Part shown: piece by piece, positions 38,001 to 50,751 of the stretch | How positions within the stretch are numbered: position 1 is the stretch's first letter | Layout: the number at the start of each line of letters is the position of its first letter | Source: Lingula anatina | Taxonomy: Eukaryota > Animalia > Brachiopoda | DNA length: 64,000 nt | Assembly: GCA_051362555.1 (NCBI GenBank) | Contig: CM120640.1 | Location: forward strand, 44,804,788-44,868,787 | Direction: 5' to 3' | Made by a program: the position numbers and the translations under genes | Notes under the pieces: generated by a model | The model's database searches: none | What the model saw: the letters and a program-made list of their open reading frames with translations, nothing else | What the model was told of the DNA's origin: nothing

Positions 38001-41000
38001 CTCTCTCCTTAGCCATCTTTTTCATCATGTATGTCTGACAAAAAGGGTTTGCAAATAAAAAGCCATGACATACCACTATTCCACACAATAAAAATATGCA
38101 TTTTCATAATAAACTCTAAGATTATCAAATTACATAAAACATTAAAATCTGATAACTATTTGAACAAATGAACAGCACCAACTCATCATTTGTCTGGATT
38201 TTCCTTTATCAGTTTTAATGTGAAAATAGACTACAACACAACAAGCTGGACATACTGTGTAATAATAATCATCCAAGAAAGGGTTCTCGGTCTGCAGCTG
38301 CATCAACTGAATCCTGATAATCCAGTCTTTCTCCTTTTGTGTCATGAGATCAGCATACTCATCTCTTTTTTTCCATCTCTGCTGCCCAGGACCATTATGA
38401 TGATCTCTCTGCTGTTGGTGGTGATAATCCCTTTGTCGGTAATCCCCTCGCTGCTGTTGGTTGCTATTCCAATGTTGCTGGTTGTTATCCCGGTGCTGGT
38501 AATTGTTATACTGTTGCGGGTAGTCCCCACGCTGTTGATGCAGATGATGTTGTTGCTGCTGTTGTTGTTGTTGCTGCCAGTGCTGCTGCTGTTGTAGAGG
38601 GTAAGCTGGTCTGTTGCGATTTGGGCTAAATGGACAATAATTATTATTTCTATTAAAATCATTTATTCAAAAATATTGAAATTTAAATATATCCAATTTA
38701 AACTTTCTTATCAGTAAAGAAAATCATTACTTTAAACCATAACTTTAAGATTCATAGATTCCTTGTTATCAGTGTAAAATAGTCACACATCTGAGATTCA
38801 AATTGTGCTCTCAAACCAATACACTCATATTTTAAGAAAATGCAAGTTAGATCTACTTGTTCATCATGGGGGGTCTGGCCTGTCCCTGATGCATCATTCT
38901 AGCTCTGTTGGAATGCAGGTGTGACGGGTCACTCATTGCCATGGGGGTAGGAGGCAGCCTTAAAATCAAGACAGTTTGAAGTCAATCTACTGACTGGGAT
39001 CATAGAGAAATATACATATTATGTACCTGCTTAACCAGCAGGCTGAAATTACAGGTGATAACACAGTTCTTAACTCATGCCTCCCTAATATATTATTTTT
39101 CTATGAGGTATAAAAGTATATGAAGACACTCATTACCAACTGACCTTGAGAACATGGGACTGGTCATCATGGGGTGACCTGGGGGTGGGGAGTGCCTGCC
39201 AGCCTGTAGAACCACCTGGGGGCTCATCATTCGATTGCCAAGCAGCATCTGAGTAGGTGAGATTCGACCAGCTGTAAAAATAGTTAGTTTCATGAAATGT
39301 ATATTTTATCTTGTTTAATGACCAAAAATTAAGATGAAGCATACACAACAGAAGCAGGTTATGTTTGCTACAGCCAGTTAAAAGCAAATTAGTTGGATTA
39401 TTTTAGAATCTGCAACTACTACTACTTCTACTACTGTATATTAAACATACTATTACTTCTACTACCTCTACTACTAAACATGCATATTTACAAAAATGTA
39501 TATGTTCATACATGGCCTGATGGTATATTTGATTAAAAAAGGAAACATCAAACCAATAACATAAAACCAACATGCATAATTTAGAAATGTTTTTCCTGCA
39601 ATCGATGTAGTGAATATAGCATCATAAAAAATAAATAAAATAATTATAGTAAAATAAATCAAACAAAAATAAGTGATGAACAGTACAACAAAAGTTCCAT
39701 TTACCAGCCAGCCCCAACCCTGTGACTCTTGTATATGGAGAAATGAGGCGAGCTTGATAAGGGGACATTGGAAAGGACACCGCATGAGGTGACACAACCC
39801 GCTGTAAGGGCGGGGATGGGGTGCGAGCAGCACTCCTGTGATTGGCAGGCGTTTGCATGCCTGAAACACCAAAGCATATGCTTCACAGTTGGCAAAACCT
39901 TTTTTTCTCACGCTCACTGATATTCAACTGCACTAAAATACCACTCTTTTCACACAGGTTAGATATGTTAGTATAATGCATAAGAAAGCATCAACACATG
40001 CAAAATGCACTCTTCTCTTCTGAAAACAGTAAAAATAATAACTTCAAATTTCTTCACTAAGAAAAAAAGGCAAATCAAATTAAAGTCAGTTTCAAAAGTA
40101 ATATAATTTGATGAATTTGCAATTTTCTAAAAAGAAAAACCAAACTTTATAAAATTTACAGCAATAAAAAGTCACTCTTTTTTAAAAACATAAATAGAGC
40201 TAAAACGGCAAAAATTACCCATGGCTTGTGGTGACCCTCTCAGAGTCTGGATATTGAAGGCTGCTGCTGGTGACATCCTACCCTGAGGTACTACTTGTGC
40301 TGGTGAAGTACGCCCCATCTCAGACACACTGGACATCAGCTGCTGAAGACTGGAGCCTGGGAGCTGATAGAAATACATTGACGTCAACTGTACTAACAAT
40401 CTGACAAGATAAATGTTCAAATTTATTATAACAAATTATTCTATAAAGTTATCAAAGGACAGACTGCATGCTCTATGTTATACTAAATATTCTATTGCTG
40501 TTGTTTTGAAAGACAGGGAAACAGACAATGATCAAAAGTTGATACTAGACTAACAAATGAATCTTGGCAAATATAAGAACAATAAAGTTCTACAAAAGTA
40601 AATACAAAAAAAAAAAAAAAAAAAAAACTCTACAATCACTCTAATTATTCCACTTGAGATCAGCACTACACAACAGAATGAGAAATACTTAATTTTTCAA
40701 GAAGCTCATATTGAAGACAAATGACCTTTTTCTCTACTGGTATGAAGAGAACACTAACATACTTTTACGTTTTGCTTATATCTCCCACTTCTCTTACCTG
40801 TGGTACCTGTTGTAGACCTGCCTGGGTAGCTATCCTTTGTTGTGGTGGCACACTTCTGGGAGTATTATATTGATTTGACATAACACCAGTTTGCATTTCT
40901 CTTTCAAGTTCCTCCACAGTGATGGCTTTTGCTTGTGGTGTCCTTAACATCTGCTTCAAGTCTTGCTCTATCTGAGATGCTGTCTTGGCAGTAGGCAAAC

Positions 41001-41938
41001 TACTGGATAAGCTCTTACCTGCTACCACTATGGATGGGTCCTGAAAATGATTTAAATCTTAGTTTTCAACATCCTGTAAAAAGTACTACTCACTTGTTCT
41101 TGAATTTTTGAATGCGCTTAACCCAATATAAAACTTCAAGAACTAAAAAAATCTAATATAAAGCTACATGATATGTTGAGAACAGAAAACCAAGCCATTA
41201 AAATATTAAACGTAAAAGCCTGCATTTGCACCTACACTTAGTTTTACACATGCCAGGCTTTAAATCACTACACTGCTTATGTGTCCTTTTCCTACCAGCA
41301 GCAGCCTCACTAAAGTACCAGCAGCCAAAACAGTGCATATTTACAAAGACAGCACAACCAGAATAACAAATGACAAAACAGACTACATTTTTAAACATTG
41401 GCTGAGACAGCACTATTGATTGTCAAGATATGTTACTATTTTAATTTCTGAACAGTTTCCTTTCATTGGTCATATAGATTACACAATGAAGATGACACAA
41501 GGTTGGACTTATTAAACTCTGACGTCACAGCTCTTTGTATTATTGTAAAAAATAAATAAAAAAAATAATAAATAAATAAAACGCTCACAAAAGTTGCACA
41601 ACCTAAATTGTCATATTGTTTTAAGTAAGCTCTTTGTCAAACAAACAAGATTAACTGTTTTTTTTTTTTAATATAAAAAGGCACATCAAAAACATTTTTA
41701 CCTGTATAGGTGTTCTCTGTACCATGCCATGAAAGCCACTGTCTTGTTTCACTCTTCCAAAGAAACCCTCTCTACTGGGAGAGCTCCAAATATTCTGATG
41801 GCCTGGTGATACCTATAAGGAACAGAAACACATGTAAATTACATGAGACAACTTTTCAACTTAACTGCTCATGTAAACCAAGAAAAACCATGAAAAACGA
41901 CTGAATAAATTGAAAAAATGAATTGTAAAGATAAATGG

Positions 41939-41987
<49 letters not shown>

Positions 41988-44900
41988 GAATGATCCTTTT
42001 CAATATTGAACTGATTCAGGTCTCAGTATTGATGTCATTTATATTTATTTATACAACAATTTAAATTTTGCGATTCATCTCATTTTCTACTCTATTTATT
42101 TATTTTCCTTTTGATCAGCATACTTACAAAGACATTTGTAAGGCTTTAAAAACAATAGTATAAATATTTCACATGCATTACCAGTAGTTCTCAGACTGCA
42201 GAAAGTATAACATGAAGATAACATGAAGATAATCCATTCTGCCAGACTTTAATTTACACAATACATTTAAATATTAAACTTATACTTACAAAATGGAAAC
42301 TTTGTTCACATGTTACAGTGAATGTAAATTCTAAATGGCACACCCCTGTCCCATCACTATTTTGAGTGAAAATAAAAAGTTAAAACGTGGTAAATTTTCC
42401 TCAATTTCTACCTAGCCTACAAACATTTTTTTAAAACAGAACAACTGAACATGTTTTGTTCATACTCACTAAGTCTTCTGTATCCAATAAAGCTGGTGGA
42501 GAAGCTGGTCCAAATATCTCCTCCAAACTTTGCTTTTTCTATAATACAACAAACAAGTTGAAAGTCATGAGTACATGCTCAGAAAGACACACATGCAAGT
42601 GCATGTGCAAATCACAAAGCAATGAAGGTCTTGTTATCATGTATAATTCAGAGCCCCTGCTTCTCCCAATGAAAATAAGATTCAAAACATCTGTTAATAA
42701 CTGATATACTGTAGCTCTCTTAAATATAAATTTTTCTTTCATGTCTTCTAACTGATCCTTCAACTCACTGGTACAGGGCACAGAGTGCACACTGATCATT
42801 TGATTCAACTCTCACCTAGTGTTCTTCACACATATCCAACTGAATGAGTAGTAGCTTAAACGCTACTCGCTGCTAAAGTCATCTTTAGAAAGACACGTAT
42901 TGTTCTATTACTATTTAGTCTGAGTATAGCTTATAGTGTAGTCTATGCCAACACTTACCATTGGAATAGGCCTGGATTTGGACACATTGACTATGGCAGG
43001 GTCGTCCAGTTCATCATCATCCAGGACCAAGTGACTGATACTTTGTTCCATATCCTCCTTAAAAAATCAAAAGCAAACTTTTCTTGTCTACCTCTTTCTT
43101 TGATCATGTTTGCCTTCCCTTATGACCATGCTCTTTCTTTCATACTTGCCATAATCCAATTAAAAACACTTATAAGAGTTCCAATCAAATTACTGATCAT
43201 CTATGCATACTTTCAACAATGCTTTACAAAGTGCCCAAGGTATTTTTATGACACAATTTCCAAATGTAAATGTTAAACAAGGCAGCAAAGCTGTCAAATG
43301 TACAGACAAAAAGCAGGAAATAACTATGCACAAAATAGGCTAATGTCAATTCTGATGCAAAAGTACATTATGTTAAACTGCAAATTTAACATCAAATTTT
43401 AATTATGCTCAACAGGTAATACCAATGTAAGTAAAATGTGTAACAAGCATAAGGCTTCAGGCCCATGGGAGTTCAAGTTCACACTTTGAACATGTATAAC
43501 TTCCAGAAAAAGAAGCCAATTAGACTGCTTTTCCAACTCAGGCTGCATGCTGATTTCGAACTTGACTTGCGTTTTAGTAAGATCAATTACTCCTGTGAGT
43601 TTCATGACAACAAGCCTATCGGTTTTTCTTGAAATGTGTTTACAGTGTTGCATATATGCTGAAAAGTGGGAAAAAAAAGCATAACTTCTACAATAAAGGC
43701 CCGATCATGCTGATTTTTGAACTTGACCTGTGTTTTATGAATATTCATCAGCTCTGTAAATATAAAGCCCAAAAGTAAAACTGCCTTCCACTTATCGTGC
43801 TTACAATGAAAGTGCACGGCGACGGCGATGACGGCGACGACAGACACAGGTGATGTCAATATGTACAGACACATCTATATATATTTACTGTACTGTTTAA
43901 GAACAGTAATTGACATGGTTTTTCTTAAATGGTCATCATGGGAACAGTGCCCAAAATAGTTTTTTTTCAAATTTTGATGCAATATTACATAATGTTTAAC
44001 AGCATAATGACCATCAATTTTTAATAATAAAATATTAGTATCATGGATGTTCAGAAAATGTGACTAGCAAAGGTCTTCAGGCCCATGGAACTTCAAAGTC
44101 ACAACTTGAAAATGCCAAAATGTAAACAAGACAGCACTGTTCTGAAATGTTTTTTTTCTCCATTTTTAACAATTTTTAACATAAAACAAAATTAACAGTT
44201 TACTGCCATTTTTATATGATCAACTAAGAAAATTGATGAGATGGGAAAAATATCAACAGAGCAGTGTTAAATGTCCAAATTCTTCCATTCTGATATTCTG
44301 AACATAGCGAATGATTGAATCTGACAAACTGCAATGATATGAGTTTTTTTCTATTTTTGAAACTTTATTACACAATACATGATAACAAGTTTACCATCTT
44401 TTTTACAAAATCAACTAACAATGTTGTAAAGATGCAGGAAATGTCAAACAAACACTTTTATTTATCTTATTAGTTTAATAATGAGACTGTTAACATGCCT
44501 AAGAATTGAATCTGAGGAAATGTGAAAAATATGCTGAAAAGTGAAAAAACAGCATAACTTCTACAATAATGGCCCGATCATACTGATTTTCGAACTTGAC
44601 CTGCGTTTTATGAATATTCATCAGCTCTGTAAATATAAAGCCAAAAAGTAAAACTGCCCTCCACTTATCGTGTTTACAAGGAAAGTGCACGGCGCCGGCA
44701 TCGGCATCGGCATCGCCATCGCCATCGGCGACGACAGACGCAGGTGATGGCAATATGTACAGACACATCTGTGTCTGTACATAAAAAAGAGCAGAAAAAG
44801 AAGGATTGTCCCAGGCAGTTTTGCTTACTTCTTGTCCTTCATATTTCTTTTCCGAAGTATCAAATCCAGAGTCGCCAGTCCTGTCATGTTTTTCTATTTC

Positions 44901-46442
44901 TCCAGCCAGCAATTCATGCTGCTCTTCCCAGTCTCCTGCAAGTAAACAAAATAAGTGATTTAAATGTTATTTATTTCCAAATTGAGTGAAAAATAATCCT
45001 CAGTGGGTTAAACATACTGAAATTATCTTAAAATATTACTATTTCAATTTAATAAGAATAAATAAATATTTTGCAATACACAAATACACCTAAAAAGATA
45101 CTTTTGCACTGGCTACATTACAACCACTTTGTCTTCTTGAAAACACGTATCTGATTATCTTTAAACAAACAGATATGATTCTCAACACTTTCAACATGTT
45201 TAAATTTGACCTCACCATCAAATTCTGCTGCACCAAAGGTTTCATCATTCATCATATCATACACATCTTCTTCTTCCGGTGCTTCACGTAACTCATTGTC
45301 GAAGTCCGACTTGCCTACTCCCAGAGTCTAATTAACAAAAAAAGCTTGTCCATTAATGCAAATTTATCATCAGAAGTACTTGCAAGAATGTGAAGAGATG
45401 CTATGATACAAGTCCATCTCCAAAAGAAAATACTTGTAGTGCATATAAATGATTACCATTTTCACATTCAAATAAATGAAAGTATGCCAAAACAAATTCC
45501 AGATTTAGTTATGAATACAAAACTATGGCCAAATGCATGAAACCCTCGATTCAGATGGCAGAATTATTCTAAAAACGGACTTAAAAGAACCCAACACCAC
45601 ACAAAAAACATCAAAAGTTATTTGACTTATACCAGCCTTAAAACATAGTTGTTTGCCAAATCAAATGATTTTTAAATCTAAACAACAACACTTATTACAT
45701 CAACAAACAATGCTACCAGAATTTAAAACAAATAATTTATCTAAATCAATAGCAGATATGAAATATATGAATAATGGCAACTTCTTTACAATTTACTCTT
45801 TCAAATATTGATTTTTGCTGGGTTAATAGCAAAATGTGATCTCTAAACAAATCAAGTTTGAGAGATTTTTTTATGGTATTTATTTGCTATGTTCACATTT
45901 ACATTTTTCACACACACATACACACACACACACACACACACAAAAAAAAAAAACTTGAGCTTAGATTAAAAACAATAATGCGATGCATCGAATCAAAACT
46001 GGACAGCTGTAACATGAGTATTACAAACAGCTATATTGTTTTTGACAAATTTGTCAGACCCAAAGAAATGCTTGAATTGGCAAATATGTTTGGTCATGTT
46101 CTCCATCACAAATATAAATAAAAAGCACATACAAAAATATAGCCACTAGCTCCTATATCAACCTGTATTAATATTTTAATTATTCTAGGTACTGACTAAA
46201 AATCCAGGTCCTAGTAACTGCACCAGAATAGCTCTGTTCATTGAAGGCAACGGAAACAAAATATATTGAGTATGAATGGAATGTGGCAGAGTATATAATA
46301 GCTTTTAAATTACGAATAAGAGAGTCTCAATTTAAAATTGCATTGGTGAAAATTAGCTTCACTTTTCGAAAGATCCTTGCTAATACTTTGAATTTATACT
46401 TACAGGCAAGTCAGTTTCAAACCCAAAAAATGAATCTGCCAT
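35033..46442 (-). CDS. PATL1: Protein PAT1 homolog (mRNA decapping activator / P-body scaffold), complete CDS
   Basis: Exons (minus strand): 46442-46404 (MADSFFGFETDLP), 45327-45216 (MNDETFG), 44935-44829 (DWEEQHELLA), 43057-42959 (DDPAI), 42538-42470, 41812-41702, 41040-40798, 40363-40219, 39860-39705, 39271-39145, 38958-38857, 38625-38256 (YADLMTQKEKDWIIRIQLMQLQTENPFLDDYYY), 38034-37902, 37560-37400 (FENALGRLTSSSVHNPRQ), 37185-37118, 36907-36766 (IRKGKKLVAR), 36443-36369, 36174-36034, 35445-35348, 35216-35033 (TGA). All introns GT-AG and phases consistent. Confidence 0.93.
35708..35943. mobile_element. Fold-back MITE in a PATL1 intron
   Basis: Imperfect inverted arms 35746-35779 / 35871-35904 and outer CCCATTCCCATAGACACCAT / ATGGTGTTTCCTGGGAATGGG. 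Confidence 0.65.
41942..41984. repeat. (TC)n microsatellite
   Basis: Read directly. Confidence 0.95.
43276..44783 (-). mobile_element. Family A element, copy 5 (internally deleted dimer) in PATL1 intron 3
   Basis: Reverse complement of the family A termini; second 5' motif at ~43820-43880. Confidence 0.85.
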
Positions 46443-46871
46443 AATCCCGTTTCAGGCCATTTTCGTTTTTCCGCACTAAGCTAAATACGACACACGGACA
46501 GATAATCTCAATGATCAAAATTAAGACTATTCAATGTACTTATATTTTATGAACATAGTAAAAATATCTTTATCACCAAACAAATGAATTTTAATTTCAT
46601 AGTTTTATCAATGTTAAAATTGAGTAAAATGTCTTATTTATGGATAAAATTATAAATAACAAAAATACTTTAGAGACTACCAAAGCTAGGTTGAAACGAG
46701 GCTAAAATCCAACTCGAATGGCGACGAAAATTGCCGAATCGAAATAACACGAACAGGTTGGAACACAAATGTCTCAAAATTATTGAGTTGGATTTTTTAC
46801 CTAATGCTTAAGAAAGGAGTAGGATTGCTTACGTTTTCAGTGAAGTAAAATATATAGGAAATGCGACGAAA
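46443..46871. promoter_or_regulatory. Compact bidirectional promoter / 5'UTR region of PATL1 and DEAF1
   Basis: Divergent start codons 430 bp apart; local CpG enrichment against a CpG-poor background; CGAA/TTCG cluster at 46715-46753; possible DEAF1 5'UTR intron 46757-46840. Confidence 0.75.
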
Positions 46872-49800
46872 ATGGAATCGAATAATGGGCAAGAAGTTTC
46901 CGTGATGGGTGAAGTCGACATTTCCGAGGAGCTCCCGAATGGTGACGATTCGGCATTCGACGAAGGAGATGAGCAGACGAATTCATCAGAGTCTAGAAAT
47001 AATGTCCACGTTACGGCGATAGGCCACACAGGACCAGATGGCACCGTCTATGTGGCCACACCCATGCATGGCTTACTTACAGCAGAACAACTTCATGAAG
47101 CTGGCATAAAAACAACTCACATTGTAATACACGACGAAGGACAGAATCAATTGACTGCTGTCCCAGATGGACTAAAAACTCCAACTACCCCCCTTCCCCC
47201 GCCCACCCCTGCCACCCCCCACAGCAAAGCAAAGGGGTTTAGGTATCAGTGGGACGATACCGTCACTTTCCAGGTTTTACCCGTAAGATGTAAATCCACC
47301 AATGGTGAACTTCATAAAGCGAAGTTTGGGTCAGGTATGTTTTAACTTCTCTTTGTACATTTAATTCTTTTGACATTACATCTAGATAAAGTAACTAGCT
47401 CTGTCACAGTTATTAAGATCTTGCCTTTTCATTTTATGAAATGTGTGCAGTACTGTAAAATAGTGTCACATATAGTATTGTTTTTAGGCATTTTGTACAA
47501 ATGTGATACTTTTTTTTCTTTTCTTTTTTTATTCATTGATTTTTTTAATTATTATTTTTAGGTGGAAGAGGAAGGTGCATTAAATACATAGATAACTGGT
47601 ATACACCAAATGAATTTGAAGCCCTTTGTGGTCGTGCTAGCAGCAAAGACTGGAAACGAAGTATTCGCTATGGTGGAAGACCTTTACAGTGTTTGATTGA
47701 AGACAATGTTCTCCAACCTCATGCTACTTCTTGCACCTGTGCAGCTTGTTGTGATGATGAATCAGTGGTAGGTTCTAGCAGCAGAAATCAAATCTGCAGT
47801 CAAAGAAAATAATTAAAGGAATGAATCATTTCCCCTGTATGGGTGTTACATATATATTTATACATATATGTCAGATCTATAACAGATACACATATTATGC
47901 ATGCTTCCATATTTCAATTGTGTAATTAGTGCAGTTTTGTAAAATTGAAAAAAAAGGGTTTGTTTTCAAATGTTGGTTCAAATATATTTGTACTCTTCAC
48001 TTAAAAATGAGTAGATAACATATTGTCCCTTAATGTGTCAACCATATGAGGCCACCTCAATATATCAGTTGTTATTTGTTTAGACTGGACCAGTACGTTT
48101 ATTTGTCCCATACAAAAGGCGGAGAAGAGACATTGATACCACTCCTCCTGGACAATCAGCACAGAAAAGACAGAGGTTGAACTCTTCTAAATCCAGTGTG
48201 TCCTCTGTCATGTCTCCTTTGGCAAAAGAAGGTGAAATAAAGTCAAGTTAGAACAATAATAGTAATCAGTGTTTGAATTAATTAAAGGAGTCCTTAGAAA
48301 TATAAAGTTGTTCAAGACAAATAATTCAAGATGGGCAAATGCATTTTATTTATTTATTTTTGATAAAGCTAAGGAAATGAAAAAATCTTGAGAAAATTTT
48401 ATAAAATTGGTCATGCTGTATCAGACCATATTTCATGATCACAGATTGACTGCAACTGTATCTGTTGATGTGATAGTGATTTTTCTAACATTAGCAATAA
48501 CTGGTAATTAACTAAAAACATCAAAAGAAAGTTGTCAAGTAGCTATCTTAACCGCATTTCAGGTAATACAGTTAACATTACGGGAACCAATAGTAGCACT
48601 CCACGCTCCATAGCAGTTGTCAGCACAAATGAGCAAGGAGAGACTGTCCATCTTGTCCCAGTAGCAACAGATGCCAGTGGAAATATGCTTGTGGGAGGGG
48701 TGAATGGTAAGCTTCTTTGAATAAATGTCCTCTAGTGAACAGGTTGATTTAAAGGAATTATTTTCATTTTACATTGGCTAGATCACATGGATGATGGTTT
48801 TAAGTCTATAAATGAGAAATTGGCGAAAATTGTTAGATGTTTTAAGCTCTTTAAGTCAAGAAAATAAGATAAAACTCATTAAAAAAATAATACAAAAAAA
48901 ATCAATAAATAAACTTAAGTATTGGTTTAAGTTTTATCATTTTTACCAGAAGCAACTGCAGCAGTGGTAGTATCTCCCCAGACAGGTAGATCTGGTAGCA
49001 GTCCAGCTGGTATTGATGTCCAAGAACAGAAACAGTGGTGGCAGCTTGAGGAGGTGATATGTTTAGTCTTTTTCTCTCCATTGTCAACAAGACAGTATTT
49101 TATGAGAGAATGTTTAGTTGAGAAAAGCTGATAAAGGATGAAATTTACAAAGTAGGCTTGTGAAACGGGTGTTTTGTCAGCATGCTTTCTTTTCATTGCA
49201 ACTTAAAGGTCTTTCATGCTAAATTACAAAACACTATACATGTGATGGGGAAACATATAATGATATCAGTTCAAACAAGGGAGCGGTCAAATTGATGGCA
49301 TGTTTGGCATTTTCTGCTGAAAAAAAACTAGTTTTCTAGTGGGCCTGTCTCCATAATTTGTGCTCTAAACTTGCTAGCATTGCCTGTGTCCTGTAATTTA
49401 AAGTTACAACTATAGATATGTACGCTCAAAATGTAGTTGGTAAATTAATGCTGTCCTCAGCCCAAATACAGTAGTGCTATGCACACATAATTATGTGATG
49501 CTGTCCTTCTTCAGATGGCCAGTAACATGTTACAGCAGGCACAGCAGTTAAAGATGATGGTCGACCAAGCCAAGCAACAGTCTATTGCTTCCAGAGAGGC
49601 AGCTTTACAGCAGCTAAGGCAGCAGTTGGAAAAAGAAAAAATCGAGGTAAATAACATAGTAATAGATATTTCTAGTTCTTTTTTAATGATGATAGATGTA
49701 AAAAAATTGTGAAATGGCACAACACTTACAGAGAACAGTTTTATTACGTAGAACACGTTAAAACATTCCATCGCACAAAGCAAAACCTCTGATGTGCTAT

Positions 49801-50171
49801 ACATTAGATATCTAGAAAAAATAGTATTTGTCTACATCTTGATGATGTAGACAAATTCAATTATTTTCCATATCATTTTGTTTGACTTCCCCCTTCTCCT
49901 TCCATAGGCTGTAAATGCTGCTAAAATTGAAGCCCAGATGCATTTATCAAGGGCTGTGATTGAGGAACGAACACAGAAAGACATCGCAGTGCAGCAAGCC
50001 CTGGCCCAGGCCCGTGCAGGGATACAAGAAAAAAACAATGAGATTGTGACTGTTGTCAGTAATTCAGACAAAAATGTATCCTACCATGTGGCATGGGCTC
50101 AAAGTCAAGGCAGCAGACAGATGACCATTGTCGATAACAACGAGGATGAATCTGATAAAGAGAGGGAGTGA
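46872..50171 (+). CDS. DEAF1: DEAF1-like SAND-domain transcription factor (no MYND finger visible)
   Basis: Exons 46872-47334, 47562-47767, 48084-48231, 48563-48706, 48950-49053, 49515-49646, 49908-50171. LPVRC...[10 protein letters not shown]...WYTPNEFE...[23 protein letters not shown] (SAND with KDWK), [28 protein letters not shown] (NLS) and [19 protein letters not shown] (NES/coiled coil) match DEAF1. Confidence 0.92.
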
Positions 50172-50751
50172 AGTGTGCAGCTGATTATTTAGTAGTTACT
50201 GGAGCTTTACTGAAAAAATTCAGTAGTATGTTTGAGGGTCTGTTGTTTTGAATAACTGCACTGCATTCATTCAGTGGTTTGCAAACATTTTCAATGTAGA
50301 TAATGTTTATTTGCTCTGTCCATAAAATGCATTTTTGAACAACATGATGGATTCTTGTTTTTTTGAAGAATTAAAAAAGTAATGGATATATTCTTCATGG
50401 TCTTCATAATGGAGAAAGAAAATTTTATGTTGTTTTTTATGGTGCACTTGATCTTTTAACAAACCTGAGAAGATGGTCATTTGCAGAATTTACTTGCTAA
50501 TTATTTTCTTTATTTGAATATACTTTATTGTTTTGTAATTCTTAACCTGGATAAAAGAAAAGAATGTTAGCTTAAACATAGATTTGACTGGGTCCATTTT
50601 ATATCCTGGTATCAAAAGAACAAACCATTGTATTGTTGGTTTGCTCTAAGAGCCTGTTGTTAGGCATCTCCAAAGAGTTTAAAATTATAAATGTACAAAT
50701 TCTTATTTTGTGTATTGTTGTATTGGCATTATTGAAAACTGTAGATCTAGT

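Noticed and set aside
38190-38662. Hydrophobic 135-aa (+) and 106-aa (-) ORFs
   Set aside because: Antisense and alternative-frame shadows of the CAG/CAA-rich PATL1 exon.
41226-41310. Possible extra PATL1 cassette exon (minus strand)
   Set aside because: In the phase required by the flanking exons it begins with TGA, and the donor is weak.
50042-50062. CDCC in an alternative frame of the last DEAF1 exon as a frameshifted MYND start
   Set aside because: Flanked by stop codons and no further MYND residues follow in that frame.
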